A stretch of DNA of 64,000 nt from Haliotis rubra (GCF_003918875.1 NW_025767344.1:434001-498000); one strand, 5' to 3'; counted from the first letter of the stretch, positions 50,874 through 63,651 are shown. Notes: generated from the sequence alone by a model not told the origin. A program made the numbers and translations.

Positions 50874-50987
50874 CCTGTGAAGATCCGGGTTAGAATGGAC
50901 CTTCAATAACCCATGCTTGTCGTAAGAGGCGACTAACGGGATCGGGTTGTCAGGCTCGCTGACTGGGTGGACACATGTCATCGTATC
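50874..50987 (+). mobile_element. SINE-like family B, 5' portion
   Basis: Near-identical to 27833-27950. Confidence 0.75.
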
Positions 50988-51952
50988 ATCGATTCAGATT
51001 GATTTGACTGTAAACTACACACAGTATGTTTGTAATGCAGATTACACTGTTGACGGACATTGTGATGACGTCACAACAAAGGTCATGTCACAGTATGTCA
51101 TGTTTTCACACGTTTCTCGAAAGCAGGCACAACTTCCCTACCATATAAGGAGTAAAGCGGCGGCCACATCTTACGAACTCGCAGGTAGTTGACCGTAGTG
51201 GGGAATGAACCTAGCAGACCGTAGTGGACCCGTGTTTGACAGTAGTAAAACGTAGTTAGACGTATTTAAGCGTAGTTCAACGTAGATCGCCGTAGCTCTG
51301 ACCGTACTTTGAACTTCAGCAAACCCATGATTTGGCCGTGTTTAGACAAACAATTTTTTCAACATGTTCAAAATATCTCTGCGGTTAACTTGAATGCCAA
51401 GACCTTACTGTTACCGTAGTTTGAACGCAATTGACCCTAGTTTCCCCAGTGGACCGTAATTGCCCCTACTGCACCGTTGTGTTGACCGTTCTACACCGTG
51501 GTAACATGGCACTACGACCAAACTACCAGCCTGGTTCCCTGGTGTAGGACACGCAAAATGACTCGGTACTGACCTTGAATCGTATAGGACACGCAAAATG
51601 ACATTTAGGGCCATACTTGTACAGACATGCTTTTGTATGGAATTTTTTTAATTTTTAAAATGAGCATTTATCATCATAAAATCAACATGGATTCCAATCT
51701 GAGCCAAAGGATCATACGGATCAGAAAAACTCATATTTTTCCATCGTGGTCACCACGGGAAGTTTTATGTATGTGTCGAAAACCTATCATTGCCAAAATA
51801 GAGGGGGTGCTTAATTAAGTTCTTTGTGTATATATCCTGGTATACACGGTGGGAGATGTTGGATATGTGTACCGGCATTCGTATGTTAGATGTGTCAAAT
51901 CTCATTCCACTTCTCAGATCTCTCTCAGCGTGCTGTTCAGGCAACGACCCTG

Positions 51953-52168
51953 CCAGAGAGACCATTACTGCTGCATTCTTCAACAGTCAGAGATAATACA
52001 CTCACAGCCTCACAATCGGCTATGGTTATGCCAGAGAGACCATCACTGTTACACTCTCCAACAGTCAGAGAGACCATCACTGTTACACTCTCCAACAGTC
52101 AGAGAGGCAATCACTGTTACACTCTCCAACAGTCAGAGAGACCATCACTGTTACACTCTCCAACAGTC
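51953..52168. repeat. 34-bp minisatellite
   Basis: CAGAGAGACCATCACTGTTACACTCTCCAACAGT at 52032, 52066, 52100 and 52134, plus a decayed copy at 51953. Confidence 0.92.
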
Positions 52169-52450
52169 AAACAAATGAATCACCGAAGGCTTAACCTCTT
52201 ATATACGTGTAGGAGCTTTATTATGTGAATATGTTCACAAGACATCCTATATACCTGTATATTGAGTTATCAATCATGAACAAATATGAACAAAAACACA
52301 TTAAGGTGAATATTTTATTTGGATGACATGTACTTACTTTGCCACAAACGGGATCAGATGGGGATCAAGAATATTTACCGCTGTCACTTTAGAAGAGATA
52401 AACAACTAAGATGTGAAAATCATAGTTATCACAGTTTCAGTCGTGGAAGC

Positions 52451-52823
52451 AATAATAATACTGAGAACATTTATAACGCGCCTTTTCCTGGCTAGATATC
52501 CTGCTCAAAGCGCACAATCTGATCTTTATTACCCCGGATAACCCAAGCTGCCTGTTAGGCGCAAGAAGGTTAATAGTATCACGACCTATTTCACCGGGTA
52601 CCCATTTTCTGTTGGATGAACAGAGGCAATTTTGAACAAACACACTTGCCCAAGGCGAGATCGCATGTATCACATGTGCTTCGTTGTGGGGCAGGACTGA
52701 AGTCCTAGAATCTGTCAGAGTTGCCAAACACAGTCATCCGTCCAAGGACTCTCCGCGCCCAACGTCGCTTAACTTCAACTGATTTGCTACCTGAGCCCAA
52801 CGCACAGGACCACACACCACCAC
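52451..52823 (-). mobile_element. SINE with 5S rRNA-like head segment, CORE-like domain and L2-like tail
   Basis: Minus strand: GTTAAGCGACGTTGGGCGCGGAGAGTCCTTGGACGGATGAC (like 5S box A to box C), CCTTGGGCAAG..TGCCTCTGTTCATCCAACAGAAAATGGGTACC (CORE-like), GCGCTTTGAG..GGCGCGTTATAAAT..(TAT)n. A related fragment lies at ~38660-38815. Confidence 0.65.
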
Positions 52824-53042
52824 TAATAGCAATCAGAGCTACATACAAAATGTTTATCTGTATAAAATACCCAACAGAAATCACATAGTCATTTTGTGTT
52901 GCTTAGATATAGATACGTAACGAAAACGTCATAATTACCCAATATCACTATCAATGGTTCGAATACTGCCAACAGGTTTACGTCAAGTCTGCTGCAGTGA
53001 ATACTGCACGAACCGGGCCTCTCGCTCTATACTCATTTTCCA

Positions 53043-53180
53043 AACTAACCATACAGTAGACTAACTAACCATACAGTAGACTAACTAACCATACAGTAGA
53101 CTAACTAACCATACAGTAGACTAACTAACCATACAGTAGACTAACTAACCATACAGTAGACTAACTAACCATACCATAGA
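53043..53180. repeat. 20-bp minisatellite
   Basis: ACTAACTAACCATACAGTAG, about 6.5 copies. Confidence 0.95.
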
Positions 53181-53433
53181 TCCAACAGAGTAAAACTATA
53201 GAGTTCCTTCCATATATATAGGCACAAAGAAAGTTATCACTACCAGTGAGAAAGCCAACATGTGAGAAAATATTAAAAAGCTCAAAGCATTACCGAGAGC
53301 CCCATAACACCAGGTATTTTGTCATTTCAAAACAAAAAACAGTTGAAACGACTTGAAGAACAGAAATTGATAGGGGCCATTTCAGTGACCGCATGTGTTC
53401 GCTTGAATGTCACCTCGTATGCAGTGTCGGCTC

Positions 53434-56406
53434 CTAAACACACTTTTTGTGAACAATGGATGGGCCGGACTCATCGTACTCCTGCTTGCTGATCCACTTC
53501 TGCTGGGAGGTCAAACGGGGGGCAAGAATGGAGCCACCGATCCAGACGGAGTATTTTCTTTCTGGAGGAGCGATGACCTTGACCATCATTGTTGGTGGAG
53601 CGAGGGCTGTGATCTCTTTCTGCATTCTGTCAGCCATACCTGGGAACATGCTGTTACCTCCTGAGAGAATAGTGTTGGCATATAAATCTTTACGGATATC
53701 AACATCACACTTCATGATGGAGTTGTATATTGTGGCGTGGATACCGGCTGATTCAACACCCATGAGGGATGGCTGGTAGAGGGCCTCTGGACAACGGAAC
53801 CTCTCGTTACCAATAGTAATGACCTGACCGTCGGGAAGCTCGTAGCTCTTCTCCAATGAAGAGGAAAACGCAGCCTTCTGCATTTCCTGTTCATAGTCAA
53901 GTGCAACATAGCACAGTTTTTCCTTGATGTCCCTGACGATTTCTCGTTCTTCAGTGGTGGTGATGGAGTAGCCACGCTCAGTCAGGATCTTCGTAAGGTA
54001 ATCAGTTAGATCACGACCAGCAAGGTCCAACCTGATAATGGCATGAGGAAGGGCGTAGCCTTCACTGATGGGAACAGTGTGGGTCACACCATCACCAGAG
54101 TCCAAAACAATACCCGTGGTACGACCAGAGGCGTACAGAGACAGAACAGCCTGTGTGGCCACATACATAGCTGGAGAGTTGAAGGTCTCGAACATGATCT
54201 GGGTCATCTTTTCACGGTTGGCCTTAGGGTTGAGGGGAGCCTCTGTCAGGAGGACGGGGTGCTCCTCTGGAGCCACACGAAGCTCGTTGTAGAAGGTGTG
54301 ATGCCAGATCTTCTCCATGTCGTCCCAGTTGGTGACGATACCGTGCTCAATGGGGTACTTGAGGGTGAGGATACCTCTCTTGTACTTAGCCTCCTCGCCA
54401 ACGAAGATTTCCTTCTGTCCCGCAGTCTTGAAAGAAAAATATATTTTGGTGTCACATGATTTATTATTTTTTACACATATATTGAAAGCTGTCACCAATC
54501 ATATTTTCATTTTTTACTATAAATTACATTCCACTATAATAGATAATCGCATTAATCTTGAAATATCCACTCGTGAACTTTATCAAAGTGCCAAGAGGGA
54601 TTTCGAGAAGAATACTCTACTACTGACCATATACTTACTCTCAGTAGCAATATCCATAAGTATCTGTGGAAGACGTTTTAGTGTCTATTGGTAAACTTTA
54701 AGGAAGCGTTTGATTCCGTTAATAGATTCAAACTGTTATATGACTTACTACAGTCAGGTATACATGGCAAACTCCAACGTCCAACTCCAATGTGAGAGCA
54801 TCTTTTAGAACCAGTAAATTCCAAATGAGTGATGTATTTGATACATGTGTGACAGTGCCGGAGTGAGACAAGGTTGCATTCTACCCCCTGTACTTTTCTT
54901 ATTATATGTTGAAGAACTTCCTTAACGGAAATGTTATCGAATCATTCGAGAGGTGTATTAATTAACAAAAATGTCAGAGACCTTTCATTATTGTTATTTG
55001 TAGATGATGTTGTGCTTTTTGCCAATTCAATTGTCCAGTTACAATGCAAGATAGCTACTCAAAATGGATATTGTTTGAAATGGGGTTTGCACACAGATAT
55101 CAGTAAAATTAAAGTAATAGTATTTTAAAATGGTGGTAGAATTTCTAATAGTGAAAAATGGTTCCTTAATGGCCAAGTATTGGAGGTGGTATCATATTAC
55201 AAATGTTTAGGAAAATATAATCTTACATTTTCTTGCTGAAATATATTTTCCAGAGCCTGTGAAACATTAGCTATGCAAGTTGAACGAGCTCAGCATGTTA
55301 TAAAGCAATTCATAAGTAAATATACAGAATTACCGATCCATGCATCATTTAAGCTGTTTGATGGAAAAAATTCAACCAATTCTGTTGTACGGTTCTGAAA
55401 TATGGGGCATTAACATAAACCAGAATATTGAAAACGTAAATTCAAAGTTCTGTAAGTATTTGTTACGTGTTGGCTACAGAACTGCGAACAAGGTTATTTT
55501 ATCTGAATGTGCACGTTTTCAACCATTCATTAACGCCCGATGTCGGGTAATTTCGTACTGGTTAAGATCGATGACACAGCCAATTTCACGATGTTCAAGA
55601 AGTACATGTAGTTATGAAATGCTTAAAACATTAGATGATACTGGAGATACTAACTGGGTTTCCTTCATTAGAACTATTCTTTTTAGTCATGGCTTTGGAA
55701 ATGTGTGGCTCGCTTAGAATGTAAGCAATACGTAACATTTCATTCGCCGTGACGTATTCTAGCAGATACAAAGACATTATCAAGAAGACTGGTATAATGA
55801 AATAACGTTATCAACTTGTGTCAGCTTCTATTCAGAATATAAAGATTGCATTAATACAGAGGTTTATCTTTCTGAGATTAAATGAGCACAACGTAAACGT
55901 ACTCTTACTAAATTTAGATGTAACGCTCACAACTTCAAAGTTCAAGCGGCACGATTTACGAAAACTGTAAATGTAATAGATACCCAATGTCCATTTTGTA
56001 ATCTATTTCAAGACGGTAAATGGGTATTTACTGATTTATAGATGTTCCTATAATTCGCAAATTTACAGGTTGCGCATAAATTCACTGTTATAATTTTACA
56101 CATGTACTATTGGCCTCAAGGCCACTTATATAAATAAGAATCCGTCTGTCTGTCAGATGTAAATCTTTTTGAATATCAGTTTTGAACGAACCCTGTTTTT
56201 AATAAAATTGCCTAACTCATATCTTCCCAACAAACTTGTTAAATTGTCCTATGTCAACATGACACTAGCAGAATTAAGTGTAATACCTGATGATGACCCA
56301 CGACGGAGGGGAAAACAGCTCTTGGGGCATCATCACTGGCGAACCCGGCCTTTACAGTGCCGGAGCCGTTGTCGAAAACCAACGCAGCAACTTCGTCTTC
56401 ACACAT
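53434..56406 (-). CDS. Divergent actin (370 aa), two coding exons
   Basis: Exon 1 56406-56287 encodes [40 protein letters not shown] followed by GT. Exon 2 54426-53434 follows TTTCAAG and encodes [10 protein letters not shown]...[20 protein letters not shown]...DSGDGVTH...IVHKKCV*. The intron is at the conserved actin codon ~41/42 position and the frame is open. Confidence 0.92.
54640..56155 (+). mobile_element. RTE-X-like LINE fragment in the actin intron (antisense to actin)
   Basis: RT motifs [20 protein letters not shown] and LFVDDVV, then [12 protein letters not shown]. The 3' end has an A-rich signal and a (TCTG)n tail. Related to the 48770 copy. Confidence 0.8.
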
Positions 56407-56459
56407 TTTGATAGAATAGTGTAGAAGCAAGTATCGTTCCTTGTTGCACGCCGGCTGGG

Positions 56460-56495
56460 GACTGAATGACTGCGTCCTCCACAGCTGTATTTATG
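56460..56495 (-). promoter_or_regulatory. Actin core promoter (TATA-like box + Inr)
   Basis: Minus-strand CATAAATA at 56495-56488, TCATT/TCAGT initiator-like sequence about 25-30 nt downstream, and the ATG about 55 nt further on. Confidence 0.55.
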
Positions 56496-56635
56496 TGCGC
56501 CGATCAAAGCACTTCTCGGGAGCCAACCACAGCTTCCTTATAATTGTCCAGGCATTTTAGGCCAATTTAGCACTCAACTTGTAACAAATTGTAACAGAAA
56601 TGTTTCCAAAAAAAAGTGAATTTCTATGAGGTCCC

Positions 56636-57560
56636 TAGAAGACTATACCAAAAGTCCTAAGGAATCCCAGCGTAGGAAATTTGTTAAAATTGCATAAATC
56701 CAATATGGCCTCCAAATATCAATAATTAATAATATATCTGCAGTCAGAAGATACATTTGAATGATTTAAGTTTTGAAACTGGAGTTTTTGGCTGCAAGGA
56801 TTCACGTAATATATGTTGTAACATGATTTGCTTAATAATTAATTCCAAAATATCCAAAATGGACGCAAAAAAATCGAAAGATTCCCACATTTATGGCATT
56901 AAAACATGACATGTGCGTCATATAACGTTCGCATACACTCCATCGTCTCCACCGTGGCCAAGAGGGTCCACATATGTCGACATGCATGCTACATACGTGA
57001 CAAAGAAGTATGTTGCTGCCGCTATTGTCTTTGATGGTCTTACACAAGAACCCACAACTAAAGATGTCACAAAACTGCGAAGAGCAGGCGCTTGCCTAAG
57101 TGTGACAGTACACTTCACCGGTGAAATGATCATCCAGTCCAAGAAGGAAGAATTCCTCAACAATTACCTCAGTGACGCACTAGAGAGAGCTGGTTGCAGC
57201 ACTGATCATGCTAAACATGATGTGGATGTCCCCATCGTTGAAACAGCCGTTTCTTCTGCCAAAACAAGAGTCACGGTTCCAGTCGGAGATGAGACAGATC
57301 TGCTATTGCATCATGCTGAAATGAATGCGCATGAACTGTTCGTCACACCAGAGTTTAAGAAACCATCATAAACAAATCGCTTGTGCTGCATAAAACAGTC
57401 CAAGGAGTTGTTGGGTCCAACAATTTATGAAATCCCAAAGAACCACAGACTCTTCCACACCAGTGGGGAAATAGGAAAGGAGACGGTACTCGTCTCAATG
57501 ATATCATGGTTCGATACAGGAGGGGTATTGTGGTGCAAGGTGGAAAAGTCGGGAAGAAGA
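56636..57560 (+). mobile_element. DNA transposon relic with an XPG/PIN-like nuclease fragment (AcademX-like)
   Basis: ORF 56913-57371 has the pattern IVFDG..TTKD..RR..HAKHDVD..IV..VGDETDLL. The putative terminus begins TAG. Superfamily assignment is from memory of family features only. Confidence 0.45.
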
Positions 57561-58599
57561 AATCAATGATTATTCAGAGATTTGTTTGTTTTGCATTGTT
57601 TATAACCTACCGGTCAAAAGGAAGTTCAAAAGGTGTCTTGACTACATAGTTTTGGGACTTTTTAAATATTTGGACAATGGCCGCCCTGAATTAGTCGCTA
57701 TGACAGATGTTAAGATCTGTCGTTACAATGTTGGTGTGACCTTCGAGGATAAAACTGCATTATATGGTAACCTTGTACCAGCTGTTATAAAAACAGTTTT
57801 CCTTCCCCTTACCCCCTGCGGTAAGCAAAATTCGAAATTTCCACCGTGATTCTGCCGTTTTAAGCAGCGGGAAAGGAGCTGTGCTCTCGTGACGTCATAT
57901 GGGACTGGGTTATGAGACCAGCATTTCTAGCATGCAGTGTTTGAGAGACGTGAGATGCCATTACAAGTGGTTTCCCCACTTTGCGTAGAACGACATTATC
58001 AAATATGAATATGTGAAAAAGCATAAAATAATAAACAATCATGGCGAAATCTTCCTTCAAACAATAAAGAATTGTCACTTTTCCCCAATAGGGGTTACAA
58101 TATGTTCCAGGTATTTGACGCGCTTCGCCCCCTTATATTCAGGGATGGGTTGGAATTTAAGTCTATTCTAAAGTTATATACAGTTTACACGTGATATTCT
58201 GAAACAGCCGATGTTTGCAAACGAGATGTCTAACAGCTTACCGTTTATGGACATTTTTGTCAATTCGTCTGCGGCAAACACGTTGCAGTTCCGCGAACAC
58301 CTGGTGTCATCAATGATTTGCAGTGATCGATCACCGCTTGTTTGCATTTTTCGTTATTCTCAACTTATTATATTTTATGTCTATTTTTAATGCAAAAACA
58401 TCATCTGGTGATAAACACGCTGAATAATATTTTTTATGTCTTATGACTGGATTGTATATGAAACGCATGCATCAGATTGGTCGAGCTACAAATTTCAGCA
58501 GGAGGGAACAATAGTTAAACTTTTATCACTGAAATGTTTAATAAGTTCAAGTTTTTATATAAAATCCCACAAAAACATCCAACACTACGTTTGTTTGAA

Positions 58600-59460
58600 A
58601 ATGGGTCAACACTTCATAACGTTGCAAAATTCTCTGGGGTCAGTCAAGTTGTGATCGGCACGACACTGAATCGATACAGGAGGTTTAGGTCAGATGCCCA
58701 GTGATATATGGTGGACAGCCTTCCACCAAACAGCTGCAAGACAGGCGTCTCCAGACTGCAGAAAGACTTCATCACTTCGTTGCTGTTACTACAGTGAGGC
58801 CTTGTTAAGACTTGGATGCCACTCCTCGAGGTGATTTGTTGGCCTGCACACACTTCTCAACGTTATGTTAGTGACAAGGTTATCTTTGGTGTTGATCGTG
58901 GTTGGTCATCCTCTTTGGAAACGTTTCCAGTGAACGGCAGATTGACATTTGGTCCTTATTATGAACGTCTATCTTTAAAAAACCCCGAAGAATCCACTTC
59001 TCCATAAATTGGGAAGAAACTGTACATCAGCGGATATGTATTTCTGCTGTGTTGTGATAATGGAAGATGTCGCATCGAAGTATCAGACAGATTTGTAGGT
59101 GTCAGTGTGATGGTGTGTGCTGCCATCTCTCACAAAGCCAGGGCCAGTGACTCATTGTCAGGGCAACACGTCATCCCCGTCATATCCAACGCCAACGCTG
59201 TAGTCCTGCACGACAACGACAGGCCTTACGTGTAACGGCTGCATACCTACACAACGTTGACGTCCTCTCTTAGCCCTCCAGATTTCCAGATTTGAACCCA
59301 TTTGAACATTCGTCAGAAGAGTTGGAGAGACGACAGCGACAACCCCATCCACACACTCTCCGTAGCTAGTGTTACCATTGCATTACCATTATCTTTGATT
59401 GCGTCCTTGGGAAGAAGGTGCCAGGGGTCTAGATACTAGGGGTGGACATACACGTTATTG
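58600..59460 (+). mobile_element. Highly decayed Tc1 transposase relic
   Basis: Scattered motifs SVMVCAAI (59104), HDNDRP (59208), PDLNP (59287) and GGHTRY (59440). Confidence 0.6.
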
Positions 59461-60221
59461 GCAGCAGGTGACCATGTCCTTGTAAACTTCACCTGCCACT
59501 GTGAACACAGGCTTGGTTCAACTGAAGACTACAGTAGTTGGCCATAAGTGAGTCATCATTGGTGAAATTCCGGTAGAGATTGCATGTTAATTAACTGTTG
59601 CAAGAATATTTTTTATAAATTTAGTTTCGGTCGAATTGCTTTCAATACTTATCTACCAGCTGGGAAATCGTCTCCGCTACATACACATAATTTCCATTCA
59701 ATTCTCCGATTATTATTAAGAAAACAGCAACTATTTAAACAACATGTATTAGACATTCCCAATCAGGTTCAACATGGCTGCCTATGGGATAAATTAAAAG
59801 TTGTACTTATAAATGGTGCTTAATCAGGTGTCATTCGATAACTAATCAACGGAAAGATGAATATTTATTATCTACACGTATCTGAAGATGATTTCCAAGA
59901 TGTTTGCAAAATATCAAAATAAAATGACTTCTACTCAATTTACTAAATTATTCTTTCAACAGTTAATTAACATGCAAGTCTATGGAAATTTCACTAATGA
60001 TGACTCACTTATGCCCACTTCATTCTCTGTTGTATTACTAATCACCATGATGTGGTGAATTTGAACCTGAAACAGTTCAGGTGCTGGACAAGTGAGACAC
60101 CTGGTGCCCTCGGTAATGATGTTTTCTTAATCGATGAAAGCTTTTACAGTTTCAACGAAATGCATCCCTTAGTACCTGGTGAGTCTCCATTTTAATCTAG
60201 TTGTCGACAAACTTGATATTT

Positions 60222-60352
60222 GAGTGAGTGAGTGAGTTTAGTTTTATGCCGCTTTTTTGCAATATGGGGATGGGGGACTCCAGAAATGGGCTTCGCACAT
60301 TGTCTTTGGCGTGACGAGCGAACGCTTTACCACTAAGTTGCACCACCGCCCC
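60222..60352 (-). mobile_element. SINE family A copy with TSD
   Basis: Family A sequence flanked by ACTTGATATTTG / ACTTGACATTTG. Confidence 0.75.
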
Positions 60353-61029
60353 ACTTGACATTTGAACTGTCACAAGGAATTGATTTAGAATTATTTAACT
60401 GATACATTGTGGGACTTGTCCCAGCTGTGGTGTATTTAAATATTGTCAATTTTGAAACACGTCAGCCACACTTAAAATGCCATTTTAGGCCATTAACCCG
60501 TCATTTCTGTTTGTATCGTTATGGATGTTCCCATGGTGGAATTGCTGATCCCGAAACCAACCAGCTGAATAACTTATTCCTTCTCTTACAGTGACGATGG
60601 TTGTAATTCTGGTCAGGTATACTTTGCTACAGCATCGATGAAACTGCCAAGTAAATATTCTAACCACCAGTTTCATGGACTTTTCTGTAGTTAATTAACT
60701 GCCTGTCACGCAGAAGTGAAGGCCGCCATTGTGTAGTCCTTACCAGGGGTTAGTGAAGCGCCAGCGCAACATACCCAGGGAACCAGATTGGTCTACAGGG
60801 CTATGGAAAAAGTTGCCATGCCAATAAGATATTAGCTGAGTGGCTGAATTGGATTAAGGAGAATAAGAATTACTTGAGACAGATACTGTATGTGAAGTAA
60901 TCTTTCTTGTATTATAGAAATGTACAAATGTAGACACAGGTGGGCGGTAATATTTTATATCAATAGTCAACAGAAACATTTGTCAAACCACTAGAAGCGT
61001 TCATACAATCTTCTAAAAGCCGGGCGTGG

Positions 61030-61140
61030 TATTCACGCTCCGCTGGACCATCACAGGAAGAGAGTGACAAGTCACTGTCCGCGGGCAGGCTGGTGTTGGG
61101 GTCGTGTTCTGTAGAGTACTCTTGCTGAAACTGAAGTCAG
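61030..61140 (+). other. Candidate non-coding first exon of the second actin gene
   Basis: GC-richer segment ending in the strong donor CAG|GTATGT at 61140/61141. The downstream coding exon starts with an acceptor 4 nt before its ATG, so it needs an upstream exon. The start coordinate is approximate. Confidence 0.4.
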
Positions 61141-61789
61141 GTATGTTCTAAGAGTAATATGTTGATATCAGGGCAGTTACAAGTGTTACACAGTCATTCA
61201 CTGGATTCATATATCTGGTATACACGGTGGGAGGTGTTGGGTATGTGTATGTCAGAGTTGCCTCCCTTACATGACATACTTTAATGTTGCATTTGATGAC
61301 TTATTTCTACTTTGAATGTTTTTTATGCAGTGGTATTTCGGCGCTTTTTCAATCAAGTTATTTGGGTTTCATTCTTATGGCGATATTACATACATCATCG
61401 TAGCTACATCCCCGCGGGAGGCCATGCTCATACGTCAAATTACATCTACGGTTACATGTACACAGCCGTAGGCCTCCCACTCAGTGGTGAATGGACTGGC
61501 AAGTTGTTATGTTGTCAGCGAGGCGTGGCAGTATGTGAAGTACACCTTCATGAAGTCATGCGAGACTTAGTTTCCGAGATAAAACGATAATTGCCGCGAT
61601 CCACGAAAGAAGGTGATCCACGAATTTAGGTAACACGTTGAGGAACTGTTACAACATGTCAGTATAACGTGCCGAGGAAATATTGCAAACATGTAAGGGA
61701 AGTGAGTGCAATATGTACATTAGTGCAACATTGTCGTGAAGTCAGTAAAATATTTTAGGGGAGATATGACAATATGTTAAGAGAGTTTT

Positions 61790-63570
61790 TGCAAGAAGTT
61801 AAGGCAGTTAGTGCGATGTTTATGGGAGTTGGTACAAAATGTGAGTTAACTAGTGCAAGATGTGAAGGGAGTTAGTGCAAGATGTGAGTTAGTGCAAAAT
61901 GTGAAGGGAGTTAGTGCAAAATGTGAAGGGAGTTAGAGCAAGATGTGAGTTAGTGCAAGATGTGAAGGGAGTTAGTGAAAAATGTGAGAAAGTGCAGGAT
62001 GTGAAGGGAGTTAGAGCAAGATGTGAGTTAGAGCAAGATGTGAAGGAGTTAATGTAAGATGTGAATGGAGTAGTGCAAGATGTGAAGGGAGTTAGTGAAA
62101 AATGTGAGAAAGTGCAGGATGTGAAGGGAGTTAGAGCAAGATGTGAGTTAGTGCAAAATGTGAAGGGAGTTAGTGCAAGATGTGAAGGAGTTAGTGCAAG
62201 ATGTGAATCGATTTAATGCAAGATGTGAAGGAGTTAATGCAAGATGTGGAGGGAGTTAGTGCAAGACGTGAAGGAGTCAGTGCAAGATGTGAAGGAGTTA
62301 GTGCAAGATGATATGGGAGTTAGTGCAAGATGATATAGGAGTTAGTGCAATATGTTAAGGGAGTTAGTGCAAGATGAAATGGGAGTTAGTGCAATATGAT
62401 ATTAGAGTTAGTGCAAGATCTTAAGGGGGTTAGAGCAAGATGTTATTGGAGTCCATGCAAGATGTGAAGGAGTTAGTGCAAGATGTGAAGGGAGTCAGTG
62501 CAGGATGTTATTGGAGTTAGTGCAGGATGTTAAAGAAGTTTGTGCAGGATGTGTGGGGAGTTAGTGCAAGCTGTGAGTGAGTGCAAGATGTGAAGTAGTT
62601 AGTGCAAGATGTAAAGGGAGTGAGTGGGAGATGTGAAGGTAGTTAGTGCAAGATGTGAAGGGAGTTAGTGCAAGGCTATATGGGAGTTAGTGCAAGATGA
62701 TATGGAAGTTAGTGCAAGATGTTAAGGGAGTCAGTGCAAGATGATATGGGAGTTAGTGCAAGATGATATAGGAGTTAGTGCATGATGTTAAGGGAGTTAG
62801 AGCAAGATGATGTGGGAGTTGCAAGATGTTGTTGGAGTGAGTGCAAGATGTTGTCGGAGCCCATGCAAGATGTGAAGGGAGTGAGTGGGAGATGTGAAGG
62901 GAGTTAGTGCAAGATGTGAAGGCAGTTAGTACAGGATGTTAAGGGGGTTACTGCAACATGTTAGTGAAGGATGTTAAGGAAGTTGATGCAAGATATTAAG
63001 GGAGTTAATGCAACATGTTATGGGAGTTAGTGCAACATGTTAATGTAGTCAGTGCAAGATGTTAGGGGAGTCAGTGCATCATGTTTTTCAAGGGAGTTAG
63101 TGCAAGATGTGAAGGGAGTGAGTGGGAGATGTGAAGGGAGTTAGTACAGGATGTTAAGGCAGTCAATGCAAGATGTTATGGGAGTTAGTGCAACATGTTA
63201 ATGTAGTCAGTGCAAAACGTTATGGGAGTTAGTGCAAAATGTTATGGGAGTTAGTGGGAGATGTTTAGGGAGTCAGTGAAGGGTGTTAAGGAAGTTGATG
63301 CAAGATGTTATGGGAGTTAGTGCAAGAAGTTAATGTAGTTATTGCAAGATGTTAGGGGAGTCAGTGCATCATGTTTTAAAGGGAGTTAGTGCAAGATGTG
63401 AAGGGAGTGAGTGGGAGATGTGAAGGGAGTTAGTGCAAGATTTGAAGGTAGTTAGTACAGAGTGTTAAGGGAGTTAGTGCAAGATGTTAGGGGAGTTAGT
63501 GCAGGATGTTAAGGGAGTCAGTGCATCATGTTTTAAAGGGAGTTAGTGCAAGATGTTAAGGGAGTTACGG
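61790..63570. repeat. ~1.8-kb 21-22-bp minisatellite
   Basis: Unit GTGAAGGGAGTTAGTGCAAGAT with variants; strongly C-poor on +. Confidence 0.95.
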
Positions 63571-63651
63571 GATGGTTATTAGAACATTTTAGGATGGCCA
63601 GTTTGTGTCACATACATGATCAGTTGTGCGTGTTTGTTTTTTTCTAGGACA

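Noticed and set aside
52732-52777. 5S rRNA gene
   Set aside because: Only a diverged ~45-nt segment embedded in a SINE.
54427-54498. ORF-track N-terminus [12 protein letters not shown].. of the 354-aa actin ORF
   Set aside because: Intronic read-through; the true exon 1 is at 56406-56287.
56530-56570. CArG box in the actin promoter
   Set aside because: CCTTATAATTG does not fit CC(A/T)6GG.
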